Positions 23,046-35,995 of a stretch of DNA of 48,502 bases are shown piece after piece. The position numbers were made by a program, and so were the translations under genes. Every line of letters starts with the position of its first letter. Positions within the stretch are counted from its first letter, which is position 1. The notes beneath the pieces are model-generated. The model was not told the origin of the DNA and did not search any database. It saw only the letters and a list, made by a program, of their open reading frames with translations. Where the stretch lies: assembly GCA_048213135.1 (NCBI GenBank), contig PS015240.1, forward strand, positions 1-48,502, written 5' to 3'. The DNA is from Reclinomonas americana ATCC 50394. Taxonomy: Eukaryota.

Positions 23046-24705
23046 TCATTGACTGGCCGCCGCCGCAGCAGCAGCAGCAGGAGCGTCTCCCGCTGCTGGC
23101 TTGTCCTTCATGAGCTCCGGCACAATCTGGTGCAGGTCGATTGGCTCACTCAGTGTGACGTACACCTGCGGTGGAGGGAAGACAAAGAGGGTGTGAGTGG
23201 GCGTCGGGGAGGGTGGTTTGGAGAGGGGACAGCGTCTATCTTGGAACACAGTCACAGCAGCTGCAGATAGGAAAGATGTACACGAAGAAAGAGAATAGTG
23301 AAACAGAACACTCGAGTCTCCTGGACAAGCCAACTGAGGTAATACTGCGCAGCTATAATATCTCCCACGTTCTCCCCTCTGCCTCTCTAAAACACACTGC
23401 GTGCATTCTCCAATTAACGCAAGCGCGCAACATGCAAGAACTCAACGACGAGAGCTCCTTTCACTCTCTTTTGTCTTTACTTCTTCTCTCTCATTCTCTC
23501 AAAGTACTGTGTGTAATGCAAGACTTGCTCTCTCTCTCTCTCTCTGCGAGTGCGCGTGTACTCTCTTTCTGCGTGAAACGAAGTGTGCATTCTCTGAAAA
23601 GTAACGCATGAATGACCTGTTGTTGGCGTTCCTCCTCAAAAAGGTGCACGACCTCCCCTTGATCCCTTCTCTTTGTCTCTCTCACACACACAACACGCAC
23701 ACACTCTCTCTCTCCCTTGCTGCTCCTCCTCCACATCATGCGAATGCTCACTCTCTCACACGCAATGTGCATTCTCCGTATCGTAACGCAGAGCGCAACG
23801 CCGCCTCGTTGTTCTCTCCTCAACAACGTGCGAGCAACGCATCCCTCTCCCTTCTCCCCCTCCCTCCCTCGCTGCACGCAGTGAGCATCCTCTGTAGCAT
23901 AATTCACGAAAGGCCTGCTGTTGCTGCTCCTCCTCCTCAACAACGTGCGGACGACTCGTTCTCTCCTCTCTCTCTCCCTCGCTTTCTCTCTCTCTCTCTC
24001 TGTCCAAGGAAGTGCGCATTCTCTGCACGGTAAATACAACGCCGCCTCTTTGCTTTCCTTGTCAACAACGTGCGAACGGCCCGCATCTCCGTCTCTCTCT
24101 CTCTCTCTCTCTCTCTCTCTNNNNNNNNNNNNNNNNNNNNNNNNNNNNNNNNNNNNNNNNNNNNNNNNNNNNNNNNNNNNNNNNNNNNNNNNNNNNNNNN
24201 NNNNNNNNNNNNNNNNNNNNNNNNNNNNNNNNNNNNNNNNNNNNNNNNNNNNNNNNNNNNNNNNNNNNNNNNNNNNNNNNNNNNNNNNNNNNNNNNNNNN
24301 NNNNNNNNNNNNNNNNNNNNNNNNNNNNNNNNNNNNNNNNNNNNNNNNNNNNNNNNNNNNNNNNNNNNNNNNNNNNTCCCTTTCTTTCCTCCCTCCCCTC
24401 TCACCCTTTCTCTCTCTCTCTCTCCCCTTATCCCCTTCCCTCCCACCCACCTTCTTCCAATCGGGCTTCTTATACACCCTCCCCGCACGCCGCTTCTCCC
24501 GCTTCAGCTCGCCTCGTCGATTCACCGTGTGCACCTTGGTGATGCCCGGCAGGCGATACACATCCTGCAACACCGCCAGGATCTCCGGCTTGCTCAGGTG
24601 ATTAGGTGCGCGGAAGGCGACCTCCTTGGAGCCATGCTCCAGCGAGGAGACCAGCAGGCGCAGAGAGTGAGAGGGGAAGCGGATGTAGCGGTGGATGCGA
24701 GTGGC
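23046..24705 (-). CDS. MRPL23: Mitochondrial (bacterial-type) ribosomal protein uL23; first exon not located
   Basis: Exons 24705-24451 and 23165-23046: VAFRAPNHLSKPEILAVLQDVY..ITKVHTVNRRG...KKPDWKK|VYVTL is the uL23 signature. Confidence 0.82.
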
Positions 24706-24896
24706 CTGTGGGAGGGGGAGAAGGGAGAGAGAGAGAAGGAGAAGGAGGGAAAGGGTGAGAGAGAGAGGGAGGGAGAGAAGAAGGGAGATGAGTGGGGGAG
24801 TGGGGGCGAGGGAGAGAGGGAGTGTGTGTGTGAGAGAGTGAGTGAGAGAGCGTGTGGGTGAATGAAGTGAGAGAGTGTCAGGTGTAGTGCCAGTTG

Positions 24897-25988
<1,092 letters not shown>

Positions 25989-26635
25989 GATGCATTCTCT
26001 TCCTCACAAGAGTGTAATTGAGAGAGTGAGAGTGTGCGTGTGTGCTAAGTCGTCAGTTGCATCACTTTCTCTCTCTCACACACAGTATTCTCTTCGTGAA
26101 CCCACCGCCGCGCTCATGTTGCGTGTTGCGTGTTTTGCGATTCCATCGTCCATTGCAACGCACTGAATCGTTGTGTAAACACTCAAACCATGACTTTTTC
26201 CTTCGTACATTACAAGCAGCAGTTTTCGTTGTTGCGTGTGGCTTCCTTCTTTTCTTTCTTGTCGAGAGGTTGTCTCTTTTCGCGCATACAGCCAGCCAGC
26301 CAGCCACACACAAGTTTTCTTTTTGCAAGCACAATCACACAGGCACACACACACACACATGAGAAAAAAGTATATAGAGGGACAGGGAGAAAAGCGCAAC
26401 ACAGACACACACAAATAGACATCAAAAGCAAGGGTCTTTCTCTTTTTTCTTGCCAAATTGCTCGTCCATAGAGATAACATGAAGAATGCGAAACACACAC
26501 AAACACTGGGTGGTAAACTGAGGGGGGAGGAGGAGGTTGTGACACAGCTGTGTAATGCGACAGTGAGTGCGACATTCGTCTGTGCTTGTCGCGCACCAAC
26601 ATGTCAACACTAACCGGACTCTTTTCCACCATCGC

Positions 26636-29089
26636 TCACATGACAGGCGCGTTGGGGAGCGAGGGCATGGGTGGCGACGGCGCTGTGGGAAGGCTGGCAG
26701 TGGTGGAAGCGGAACCGGGGGGTGGCGCTGCGGATTCGGAAATGGCCTTTAGCCACTCAATCGGTGACGGGTAGGTGCGGCCCTTGTAGCGCACGCCAGT
26801 GGCCACGCCATTGTCCTCCACCTCGGCAATGTAGGTGCGGCCGTTGAGCACGTAGGTGACGCGGCCGAGCTTGTTGGCGAGTGAGGTGCGGCGGTCGATG
26901 GTGTAGCCTCGGGAGCGGCCGCCAACGCCTGAGGAGGACGAAAAGGGAGATGAGGGTTGAGAGACAAACAAAAACAATCAAATAGATGCAGCAAGTATCT
27001 TTCAAGTCTATCTCATTCGCTTTCTCACGCTCTCTCTCTCTCTGTGCTCTGCTATTGTCCCAACACGTTGCCAGCGTACTGCACAGCGAGTCTTGCTGCG
27101 GGGCACTGGCTGGATGTGGCTCACGACAAGGTAGGTCAACTCACGTCTCTCATCTTCGTGAAGCACAGCTCTCTCGGCCCAACATGTCTACACCCACCGC
27201 ACGGTGATTCTCACTGTTTCGGCTCACGAAACGCATCTCAACCCATGCATCTCTCATCGTATTGAAGAACCGCTCCGGCCACATCATGGTGCAAGCCGAC
27301 CGCACAGCACAAGCAACGAAACTCACGTCTCTCTCACCTTCATAAAGCACAGCTCTCGCCACATTATATCGCACCGTAAATCTCAAAGTTGACATGAAGA
27401 AGAAAGGCTCGCTGTGACCCGTGACAATATAGCTCCTGTCCTTTCAACGTCTTCACGCACGCTTCACGCCCCAGCATGTCTACACCCACCGCACGGTGAT
27501 TCTCACTGTTTCGGCTCACGAAAACGCATCTCAACTTATGTCTCTCTCATCTTGTTGAAGAACGGCTCTGGCCACATCACGATGCAAACTGACCGCAATA
27601 GTAATTCCCACTCCTATCTCAACTCATCTTCTTGAGGCACAGCTCTCGTCGCACCGCACATCTCAAGGATGACACGAACAAGAGAGGCTCTGTGACTCGC
27701 GACAATGAAACTCCTATCCGACTCAACCTCTTGACGCACACTACCGGTATTGTGATTCTCGCTGTTGCGGCTCACGACAATGCAGCTCATCCTGTCACGC
27801 TAGCTACAATTCGTCGGCAAGTGACCCAAACACCATCGCAGCTTAATGTAACCACCGAGAACTAAGGCTCGCAACACTGCCAACTCATCACCTATCTCAC
27901 TCGTTGAGGAGCTCAAGACACCACGATTCTGTCGGCTATGCCACCGCATCTCATCACGTCATCCCACTGTGCTTCTCAGACTCCTTATCTCGCACTCTCA
28001 CAGCCTCCACATGCAAGCCCGCTCCTTGCCTCCCCCCTCCCCTTCCTCTCCTTTTCCACTCACCATCAAAACCCCCACGCCCCGAATTCGACCTCTGTTG
28101 CCTTGCGTTGGCGGCCAGATTGGAGAGACGAGCCGACGTCACGGTCTGCTCGTACGAGTTGCCAGAGTAGTCCACGGTGGTGATGTTGGTGTTCTTGGCC
28201 AGCGCCATGGCGATCGCCTTGGCACCGCTCTGCCCTATTCTGGGGTTCTGGGCCAGCGACACCGTTCGCAGCGACTTGCTCTTCCAGATGCACTCGGAGA
28301 GGATTTCGGCGCCTTGGTCGCCGATTTCATTGCGCGAGAGGTCCTGCGGGATGGGGGGAGGAAGGGGGGAGGGGAGGGAGTGAGGAGAGGAGAGGAGAGG
28401 AGAGGAGAGGAGAGGAGAGGAGAGGAGAGGAGAGGAGAGAGAGAGAGAGCCAACAGAACACGACATGACTAACGATGGACGTCAAGAGACAATCAGACAG
28501 AAGAAATGAAGAGGCCATATGACACGTCAAGAGCCACGTGAACGCGATCAGCGCAATACAGAACGCGAAGCACGAAAGATAATCGCACCAGCTGACAACA
28601 GAGCAGCAAGAGAGAATAGACCGAGGCCACATGACGAGAGACATTCAAACACGATCAGCTCATGGAAGATCCAATCGAAGAAAAGAATGAAGACGGCTGC
28701 GGCCATTCGACAAGGCGATGTGGAATCGCAAGCACTCTCCGAACGGATCAGAACGCGACGCAAAAACCGGGAGGGAGGGAGGGAGAGAGAGAGAGATAGA
28801 GAGAGAGAGAGCCACGTCTTTTTCTTCCCTTCAAATCACCATGTCTCTCACAAACAGCGACGGCGAGGGGAAAATGCGCGATCGAACGTGACAACTTCTT
28901 CCTCAACAAGGAACAACAACAGCGATCACACGACGACAGAAGGAACGAACGGTGCAATCGCCACAACTTCCTCTCACAAGCACACGCGAACAAGCGCGAG
29001 AAGCAACAATCGCTCAAACGACAACGAGACACTTGCGTTCCTCTCTCTCTCTCTNNNNNNNNNNNNNNNNNNNNNNNNNNNNNNNNNNN

Positions 29090-29170
<81 letters not shown>

Positions 29171-29238
29171 CCTCCCTCTTCGTGCGAACGACTGTGCGAG
29201 AAATCGCGAACTGCCAACTGCGAAGATCGATCACTCGA

Positions 29239-29272
<34 letters not shown>

Positions 29273-29916
29273 CTCCCTCCCACTCTCCCTTCTCCCCTTC
29301 CCCTCTGTGCCTCTGTCTACAAGTCACTGACTCACCAACAAGTGCAACCTCCCACACTTATTCAACACTCCATTCAACGTATCCGCGCCATCATCGCCAA
29401 TCTGATTCCCACCAAGCTTCAACTCCTCCACCTACGCGCAACACACACACAAAAACACAAAAAAAGTGTGTGTTTGAGCAAAAAAGTGAGCGCGCCATTT
29501 CGCACACATGAACACACAAGAAACAAAAAAAGTGTGTGCGTTGTGTGTGTGTGGTGGTGGAGTGTGTGAGTGAGAAGGGGGGAGAGTGTGTGTGAGAGTG
29601 TGTGAGAGTGTGTGAGAGTGAGTGTGGGGGGCGCAACAAAAGCATGTGCTTGCTTGATCGCGTCTGCGACCGCACGCACGCCCACATCGTCGACACTGTG
29701 ATCGGAGAGATCCCACGTGGTTGCCTCGCCGTCCATGAACGCTGCGCATGTGGCTTTGATCACGGAAATTGCGTCTTCCACATGAGGATGTCTACTTGGC
29801 GATGCTGATGAGGCGGCGGCGGAGGATGATAATGATGTGTCGTCGTCGTCGTCGTCGTCGGCCAGGCGGAGTTGAGCGGCGTGATCGCTCAGCTCGCTGA
29901 TCTGTGCGTCGGTCAT
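26636..29916 (-). CDS. RNI-like leucine-rich repeat protein with C-terminal RAMA-like domain
   Basis: Exons 29916-29638, 29431-29336, 28343-28064, 26928-26636 in phase. LRRs: WDLSDHSVDDVGVRAVADAI, LKLGGNQIGDDGA, LDLSRNEIGDQGA, VSLAQNPRIGQSGA. Last exon encodes VTYVLNGRTYIAEVEDNG..GVRYKGRTYPSPIEWLKAI. Confidence 0.78.
27120..27920. repeat. Intronic degenerate ~290-bp repeat with internal ~80-100-bp subrepeats
   Basis: catgtctacacccaccgcacggtgattctcactgtttcggctcacgaaa at about 27183 and 27476, degenerate near 27750. Subrepeat ctcatctt...gaagcacagctctc occurs several times. Confidence 0.75.
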
Positions 29917-30704
29917 TTCGTCGTCGAAGTGAATGATGTAGGATCGAGCGTCTGTTGGGTCCGTCGGTAGCGAATATTCTCTCTCGGGACAAAAAGCATA
30001 ACTTCACTTTGCCGGCTTCCTGGATGAGTGGGAAAAGCGATTCGCTGAGCTGGCGGTTCCNNNNNNNNNNNNNNNNNNNNCCAGACGCAAAGCGTTTTCT
30101 GCGATCGTACACGGCACGTCCAATTCGGGAAAAGGCCATAAGCCAGGCAAACAAAGCAAAGCCGGGTCCGGATCCGTGAAGCAGGCAAAGCAAAAGCAGT
30201 GGTGGTGTGGCGTGGTTGAAACACAAGAGAGCTTGTCATGTTGTTGGTGAGGCTCATATTGGTGGTGGCTGGTGGTGGGCGCAGTTGTTGTTGTTGTTGT
30301 TGTTGTTGTCATTGTTGTCGCATCAGTGATTTCAAACACTGTGACAGCCACTGACCGGTGGCCGCACAGTGAGAAACAAGAGATCGAGGGCTCAGGGTTG
30401 AAGACGACGTTGACCACAGACACAATGTTGTTGTTGTTGTCGTTGTCGTCATTATGTACAGCGATGGCGGTGGAGGGGAAGAACGTGCAAGACTTGCTGG
30501 TTGCATAAAAGCAAGGCCAGTGTCAGCAGTTATTAGTACTCCCGTGCGCGAACACAGGCAGCCACGTGTGCCGCCCAAATGACATGATCGTGTCGGGCGA
30601 CAAACGCACAGCACCACCAACAATATACAAGACACATAAATACTCTACTCCAGCAGTCGACACATCCCGCCGTCGATTGTCAGAAAGAACCCCCCTCCCC
30701 TTCG

Positions 30705-31802
30705 TTATCCCCCCTCGGGCCTCCATCGACGCACCACCATCTCCGCCTCCACCACCAGACACCGCCGCAACACCACCTCCACCAAACACCTTCCCTCCAC
30801 GAGCTCCCTCACCTCCCCACCCTCCTCCTGCAGCTGCACGGCACGCACGGCGGAGCGCACACCATCCAACTCCCACTGCGCGCACCCGCACGGTGTCGAC
30901 CACACGAGCAGCGGCTCGTCGCTGCAGGCGCACACAATGTGCTGGCCATCGCGAGAGACAGCAAGCGAGGTCAGATACTCGCTGCCGCCACGCAAACATT
31001 GCACGGCGTCGCCAGTCGCCAGCGACCACAGACGCACCGTCAGGTCCACGCTGCCACTGACAATGTAGCGGTCGTCGGGGGTGACGGCCACGGCGAGCAC
31101 CTCGTCCGTGTGGCCCTCCAGCCGTCGCACTTCGCGACCGCTCGCCAGCGACCACACGCGCACCGTGCAATCGTCACTGCCGCTCACCACATGCCGCCCG
31201 TCAGCGGCCACAGCAATCGAGGTCACCGCATTGCTGTGCCCCGTCAATCTTCGCAGCTCGTGACCAGTCGCCAGCGTCCACACACGCACCGTCCCATCAT
31301 CGCTCCCGCTCACCACATGCAGCCCGTCGGTAGTGAAGCAAACAGCGCGCACAGACGCTGTGTGTCCTTCCAGCAACCTCCGTACCCGACAGCTCTCCAC
31401 CATCGACAGCACTCGCACCACGCAGTCGCTGCATCCACTCACCACTGCACGCCCGTCGGGGCTGACTGCGACGCACCACACGCGACTCGCGTGATTTTCC
31501 CACTCGCGCACCATCTCCCCACTCGCCAACGACCACAATCGCACGAGTCCACCGCTGCACGCACTGACCACATGCTCCCCATCAGGCGTGACAGCGACTG
31601 CGTCGACCTCACCGTCGTGTGTCTCCGCCATGCGCAGCAAATGCGCATGCTCATGGTCGTCATGCGTCAGTGATCGCACACGCACCACACCCTCACTGCT
31701 TCCCGTCACCACGTGGCGACTGTCGGCCGTGGTGGCGACACACAGCACTCGCTCACCGCAGCTGCGCATGCACTTGTGGAAGAAGCGAAGAGCTGCGCAC
31801 AT
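30705..31802 (-). CDS. WD40 array gene B0 (most divergent member)
   Basis: Intronless MCAALRFFHKCMRS, 7 WD40 repeats, tail STPCGCAQWELDGVRSAVRAVQ...GRCLVEVVLRRCLVVEAE. Confidence 0.88.
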   Translation of the reverse strand: MCAALRFFHKCMRSCGERVLCVATTADSRHVVTGSSEGVVRVRSLTHDDHEHAHLLRMAETHDGEVDAVAVTPDGEHVVSACSGGLVRLWSLASGEMVREWENHASRVWCVAVSPDGRAVVSGCSDCVVRVLSMVESCRVRRLLEGHTASVRAVCFTTDGLHVVSGSDDGTVRVWTLATGHELRRLTGHSNAVTSIAVAADGRHVVSGSDDCTVRVWSLASGREVRRLEGHTDEVLAVAVTPDDRYIVSGSVDLTVRLWSLATGDAVQCLRGGSEYLTSLAVSRDGQHIVCACSDEPLLVWSTPCGCAQWELDGVRSAVRAVQLQEEGGEVRELVEGRCLVEVVLRRCLVVEAEMVVRRWRPEGG

Positions 31803-31868
31803 GGATGGAGACAACGAAAGACGGGGGGTGTGTCCCAAAAGGACACATTCTCTTTCGCACACGAACGC

Positions 31869-32957
31869 ATGACTTCTGCGCCTCCCTCCCTCCCATGCTC
31901 ACGCACACTTCGTCACGCCCGCGCTGTATTCACTGTCGCCATCACTCCCGATGGCCGTCACATTGTCAGCGGCAACAAAGACACGACTGTGCGCGTGTGG
32001 TCCATGAAGAGTGGGGAGCAAGTGTTGTGCTTGGGGGGGCATACAGCCACGCCGTGCGCTGTCGCCGTCACTCCTGATGGCCAGCACGTGGTGAGTGGGA
32101 GCTTGGACAAAACACTGCGTGTGTGGTCGCTGGCGAGTGGGGAGGAGGTGCGTCAATTTCAGGATGGGTGCTTGCACGCAGTGTTGTCAGTGGCCATCAC
32201 TCCCGATAGCCAGTACGCGGTGAGTGGAAGCGTCGATGACACATTGCGAGTGTGGTCACTGGTGACTGGGGAGCTTGTGCGAAGCATCACCGGGCACGCT
32301 GGGTGTGTGTGGTCTGTTGCCATCACCCCCGACAGTGAGCATGTTGTGAGTGGGAGTCTGGATAGGACTGTGCGTGTGTGGTCGCTGGTGAGTGGAAAAC
32401 TAGTGCGACGGCTTGAGGGGCACACTGGTTCAGTGTTCTGTGTTGCTGTCACTCCCGACGGGAAGTTTATTGTGAGTTGTTCTCACGACAAGACTGTGCG
32501 TGTTTGGTCGCTGGCAAGTGGAGACGAGGTGCGACGGTTGGAGGGACACACTGCTCTGGTGTGGAGTGTCGCGATCACTCCCGATGGTCAGCACGTTGTC
32601 AGTGGCAGCAGGGACACCACCGTGCGAGTGTGGTCGCTGGTGAGTGGCGAAGAAGTGCGACGAATGGAGCGACACACTTCCGTTGTGCGATCGGTCGTCG
32701 TCGCTCCCGATGGGCAGCACATCGTGAGCGGCGGTGATGACGAGACAGTGCGGGTGTGGGCGACGCCGTGCGGACTCGCTCGACAGGAGCTCGACCTCGC
32801 TCGAAAGGCTATGCAGTCGGTGCAGGAGATGCAGAACGTAGAAGAGGAGGGATTGGATCGGCGCTGTCTGGTGGAGATCGTCCTTCGCTGCTTCCTTGTT
32901 GAGGATGCAGAGGTCATTCTTCATCGGTGCTCTGTCGATGGCATACTGCGGTTGTAG
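31869..32957 (+). CDS. WD40 array gene B1
   Basis: Intronless MTSAPPSLPCSRTLRH, 7 WD40 repeats, tail. Head-to-head with B0. Confidence 0.9.
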   Translation: MTSAPPSLPCSRTLRHARAVFTVAITPDGRHIVSGNKDTTVRVWSMKSGEQVLCLGGHTATPCAVAVTPDGQHVVSGSLDKTLRVWSLASGEEVRQFQDGCLHAVLSVAITPDSQYAVSGSVDDTLRVWSLVTGELVRSITGHAGCVWSVAITPDSEHVVSGSLDRTVRVWSLVSGKLVRRLEGHTGSVFCVAVTPDGKFIVSCSHDKTVRVWSLASGDEVRRLEGHTALVWSVAITPDGQHVVSGSRDTTVRVWSLVSGEEVRRMERHTSVVRSVVVAPDGQHIVSGGDDETVRVWATPCGLARQELDLARKAMQSVQEMQNVEEEGLDRRCLVEIVLRCFLVEDAEVILHRCSVDGILRL

Positions 32958-32992
32958 GAGAAGCGGCGACAGAGGCAAGCGTTTTGCGAAGG

Positions 32993-33027
<35 letters not shown>

Positions 33028-33263
33028 CGTTTTCTGATTCATTGGTTGTTTGTTATCGCGCCTTGACGACCGACAGTTTGTTGTCGCCTCCGCTTCTAGT
33101 GCCTGGTTCTTTGAGTCACCCTAGTGCAGTAAACGCGGCTTGCTGAAGGCAGCGCTAGTGGAAGTCAATCAAATGTTGGTCCTCGCTCCTAAGGACACAT
33201 CGCACACACATCAAATCGCGCAAGCGCACGCACACACCCTCCGTTTCCGTCCCCTTTCCAAAC

Positions 33264-34411
33264 ATGACCTCGTCTCCCCTCTCTCTCCTGTGCATGCGTG
33301 TCTGGGAGCACCGTGCCGCCGTGTCGTCTGTCGCCGTCACCGTTGATGGCCAGTATGTTGTGAGCGGTTGTGTGGACAAGACAGTGCGTGTGTGGTCGCT
33401 GGCGAGTGGAAAAGAGGTGCGACAGTTGAAGGGACACGCCGATTCCGTGTTCTCTGTCGCCGTTACTCCGGATGGTCAGCACATTGTGAGTGGAGCTGAT
33501 GACGGTGACAAAACAGTGCGTGTGTGGTCGACGAAGAGTGGAGAGGAAGTGCGACGATTGGAGGGACACACCGGAGCAGTGATGTCTGTCGCCGTCTCTC
33601 CCGACAGCCAGCGCATTGTGAGCGGAAGCCGTGACAAGACAGTGCGTGTGTGGTCGTTGGCGAGCGGAGAAGAGTTNNNNNNNNNNNNNNNNNNNNNNNN
33701 NNNNNNGCGACGACTGGAGGGTCACACTGAAATGGTGAGGTCTGTTGTCGTTACTCCTGATGGTCAGCACGTTGTGAGTGGAGGCGGTGCCGACAAGTCA
33801 GTGCGTGTGTGGTCACTGGTGAGCGGTGAAGAGGTGCGACGGCTGGAGGGCCACACTGGTTCGGTGATCTGTGCCACTGTCACTCCCGATGGTCAGTTCG
33901 TTGTGAGTGGCGGTTTCGACCTGAGTATGCGCGTGTGGTCACTGGCGAGCGGCGAGGAGGTGCGCCGGTTGGAGGGACACGAGGCAGGNNNNNNNNNNNN
34001 NNNNNNNNAGTACTGTCTGTCGCCCTCACTGCTGATGGTGAGCGCATTGTCAGTGGGGGCGATGACAACACCGTGCGAGTGTGGTCAATGGCGAGCGGCG
34101 AAGAAGTTCGACGGGTGGAAGAGCATGCGTGGGGGGTGTGGTCTGTTGTCATCACTCCCGACGGGCAACACATTGTGAGTGGCAGTGAGGACGAGACAGT
34201 GCGGGTGTGGTCAACGCCGTGCGGCCTTGCTCGACAGGAGCTCGACTGTTGTCGCTCGGCCATGCAGTCGGTGCAGGAGATGCAGCCGGAGGACGAAGAG
34301 GAGGCAGGTGATCCGCGCTGTCTTGTGGAGATTGTCTTGCGCTGCTTTCTGGTCGAGGATGCCGCAGTCATTCTTCATCGGTGCTCTGTCGATGGCAGTC
34401 TGCGATTGTAG
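33264..34411 (+). CDS. WD40 array gene B2 (two N gaps; frame offset at the second gap)
   Basis: MTSSPLSLLCMRVWEH, WD40 repeats, tail ...HRCSVDGSLRL*. The frame change coincides with the N run at about 33989-34008. Confidence 0.85.
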
Positions 34412-34676
34412 GAGAAGCGGCGACAGAAGCGGCGTCGTGTTGCAAAGGAGTGTCTCTTTCTCGTGTGTTTCTTGTGTATTTGCTAATCTTGATGCAACTA
34501 TACTGCGTTCTCTGTTAATTGCTGGTTCATGTAGTCTTTGTCTTTTCTCTTCTGTGTAGTAAACGCGAGTGCTGAAGGTAGTGGAAGTAAATCAAATATT
34601 GGTCCTCGGTGCTGAGGACACGGAAATCTAACACGACGACCGGCGGTGCGCGCAAACACACCCGCCCTTTCCCAAC

Positions 34677-35777
34677 ATGACCTCATCGCCTCCGTCTCTC
34701 TCGTGCAAGTGCTTCCAGGGACACACTGGCCATGTGCTCTGTGTTACCGTCACTCCCAATAGTCAGCACGTGGTGAGTGGCAGTGCGGACAGCTCTGTGC
34801 GGGTGTGGTCGCTGGCGACTCGGGAGGAGGTGCAGCAGTTCGAGGGACACACTGGCGTCGTGTGGTGTGTCACCGTCACTCCCGACGGTCAGCACATTGT
34901 GAGTGGAGACAGCGACAATATGATCCGAGTGTGGTCGCTGGCGAGTGGTAATGAGGTGCAACAACTGCACGGTCACACTGGTCCGGTGGACTCAGTTGCC
35001 GTCGTTCCCGATGGTCAACACGTCGTGAGTGGGAGTACTGACAGAACCGCGCGCGTGTGGTCATTGGTGAGTGGTGCACAATTGCGGCGATTAGAGGGAC
35101 ACACTGAAGGGGTGTCTTCCGTCGCCATTGCTCCCGATGGGAAACACGTTGTGAGCGGGGGTGATGACAACATTGTGCGTGTGTGGTCATTGGCGACTGG
35201 AGAGGAAGTGCGCCGATTCGAGGGACACACGTTTTGCGCATGTTCTGTCGCATTCACTCCCGATGGTCAGTTCGTGGTGAGTGGTGGCGACCGAACTGTG
35301 CGCGTGTGGTCGCTGGCGAGCGGCGAGGAAGTGCGACGGTTTGAGAGCCACACGGCAGGAGTACTGACTGTCGCCGTCACTCCCGACGGTCAGCACGTTG
35401 TTAGCGGAAGTGGTGACAAAACAGTACGAGTTTGGTCATTGGTGAGTGGCAAGGAGGTGCGACGACTGGTGGAGCACGCATACGAGGTGCGATCTGTTGC
35501 AGTGACTCCCGACGGTCAGCACATTTTGTGTTGTGGCTTCTCCTTTGTCAGCGACTGGCCGATTCGCATATGGTCAACACCGTGCGGCCTCGCTCGACAG
35601 GAGCTCGACCGCGCTCGTGCGGCCATGCAGTCGGTGCAGGAGATGCAGCCGGAGGACGAGGAAGAGGAGGCAGGTGATCCGCGCTGTCTGGTGGAGATCG
35701 TCTTGCGCTGCTTTCTGGTCGAGGATGCCGCAGTCATTCTTCATCGGTGTTTCGCTGATGGCAGTCTGCGACTGTAA
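34677..35777 (+). CDS. WD40 array gene B3
   Basis: Intronless MTSSPPSLSCKCFQGH, 7 WD40 repeats, tail. Confidence 0.9.
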   Translation: MTSSPPSLSCKCFQGHTGHVLCVTVTPNSQHVVSGSADSSVRVWSLATREEVQQFEGHTGVVWCVTVTPDGQHIVSGDSDNMIRVWSLASGNEVQQLHGHTGPVDSVAVVPDGQHVVSGSTDRTARVWSLVSGAQLRRLEGHTEGVSSVAIAPDGKHVVSGGDDNIVRVWSLATGEEVRRFEGHTFCACSVAFTPDGQFVVSGGDRTVRVWSLASGEEVRRFESHTAGVLTVAVTPDGQHVVSGSGDKTVRVWSLVSGKEVRRLVEHAYEVRSVAVTPDGQHILCCGFSFVSDWPIRIWSTPCGLARQELDRARAAMQSVQEMQPEDEEEEAGDPRCLVEIVLRCFLVEDAAVILHRCFADGSLRL

Positions 35778-35995
35778 ACGTCTCTCTCTCTCTCATTTAT
35801 TGATTGTTTGCTTATTATCTCTGCATTTCGCGAGTCTGTGAATCCTATTGCCGTTGTTGATCCTTCGTTGTCTCTTCCCCTCCTGCACAACAAAGTAAAC
35901 GTGCGTGCTGAAGGCAGTCGCATCATGGAAAAATGTCCCCTTCGCCGAGGACACGCTTTGCTGTTTTGTTCCTTTCTTCTCCCCACGCCAGCATC

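Noticed and set aside
30233-30582. Possible small plus-strand gene with (GTT)n hydrophobic stretches
   Set aside because: No consistent splice model or recognisable motif; the hydrophobic runs derive from a trinucleotide microsatellite.
33935-34411. Apparent frameshift/pseudogene in WD40 gene B2, and short length of A7
   Set aside because: Both coincide with N gaps of uncertain size, so they are best explained as assembly artefacts.
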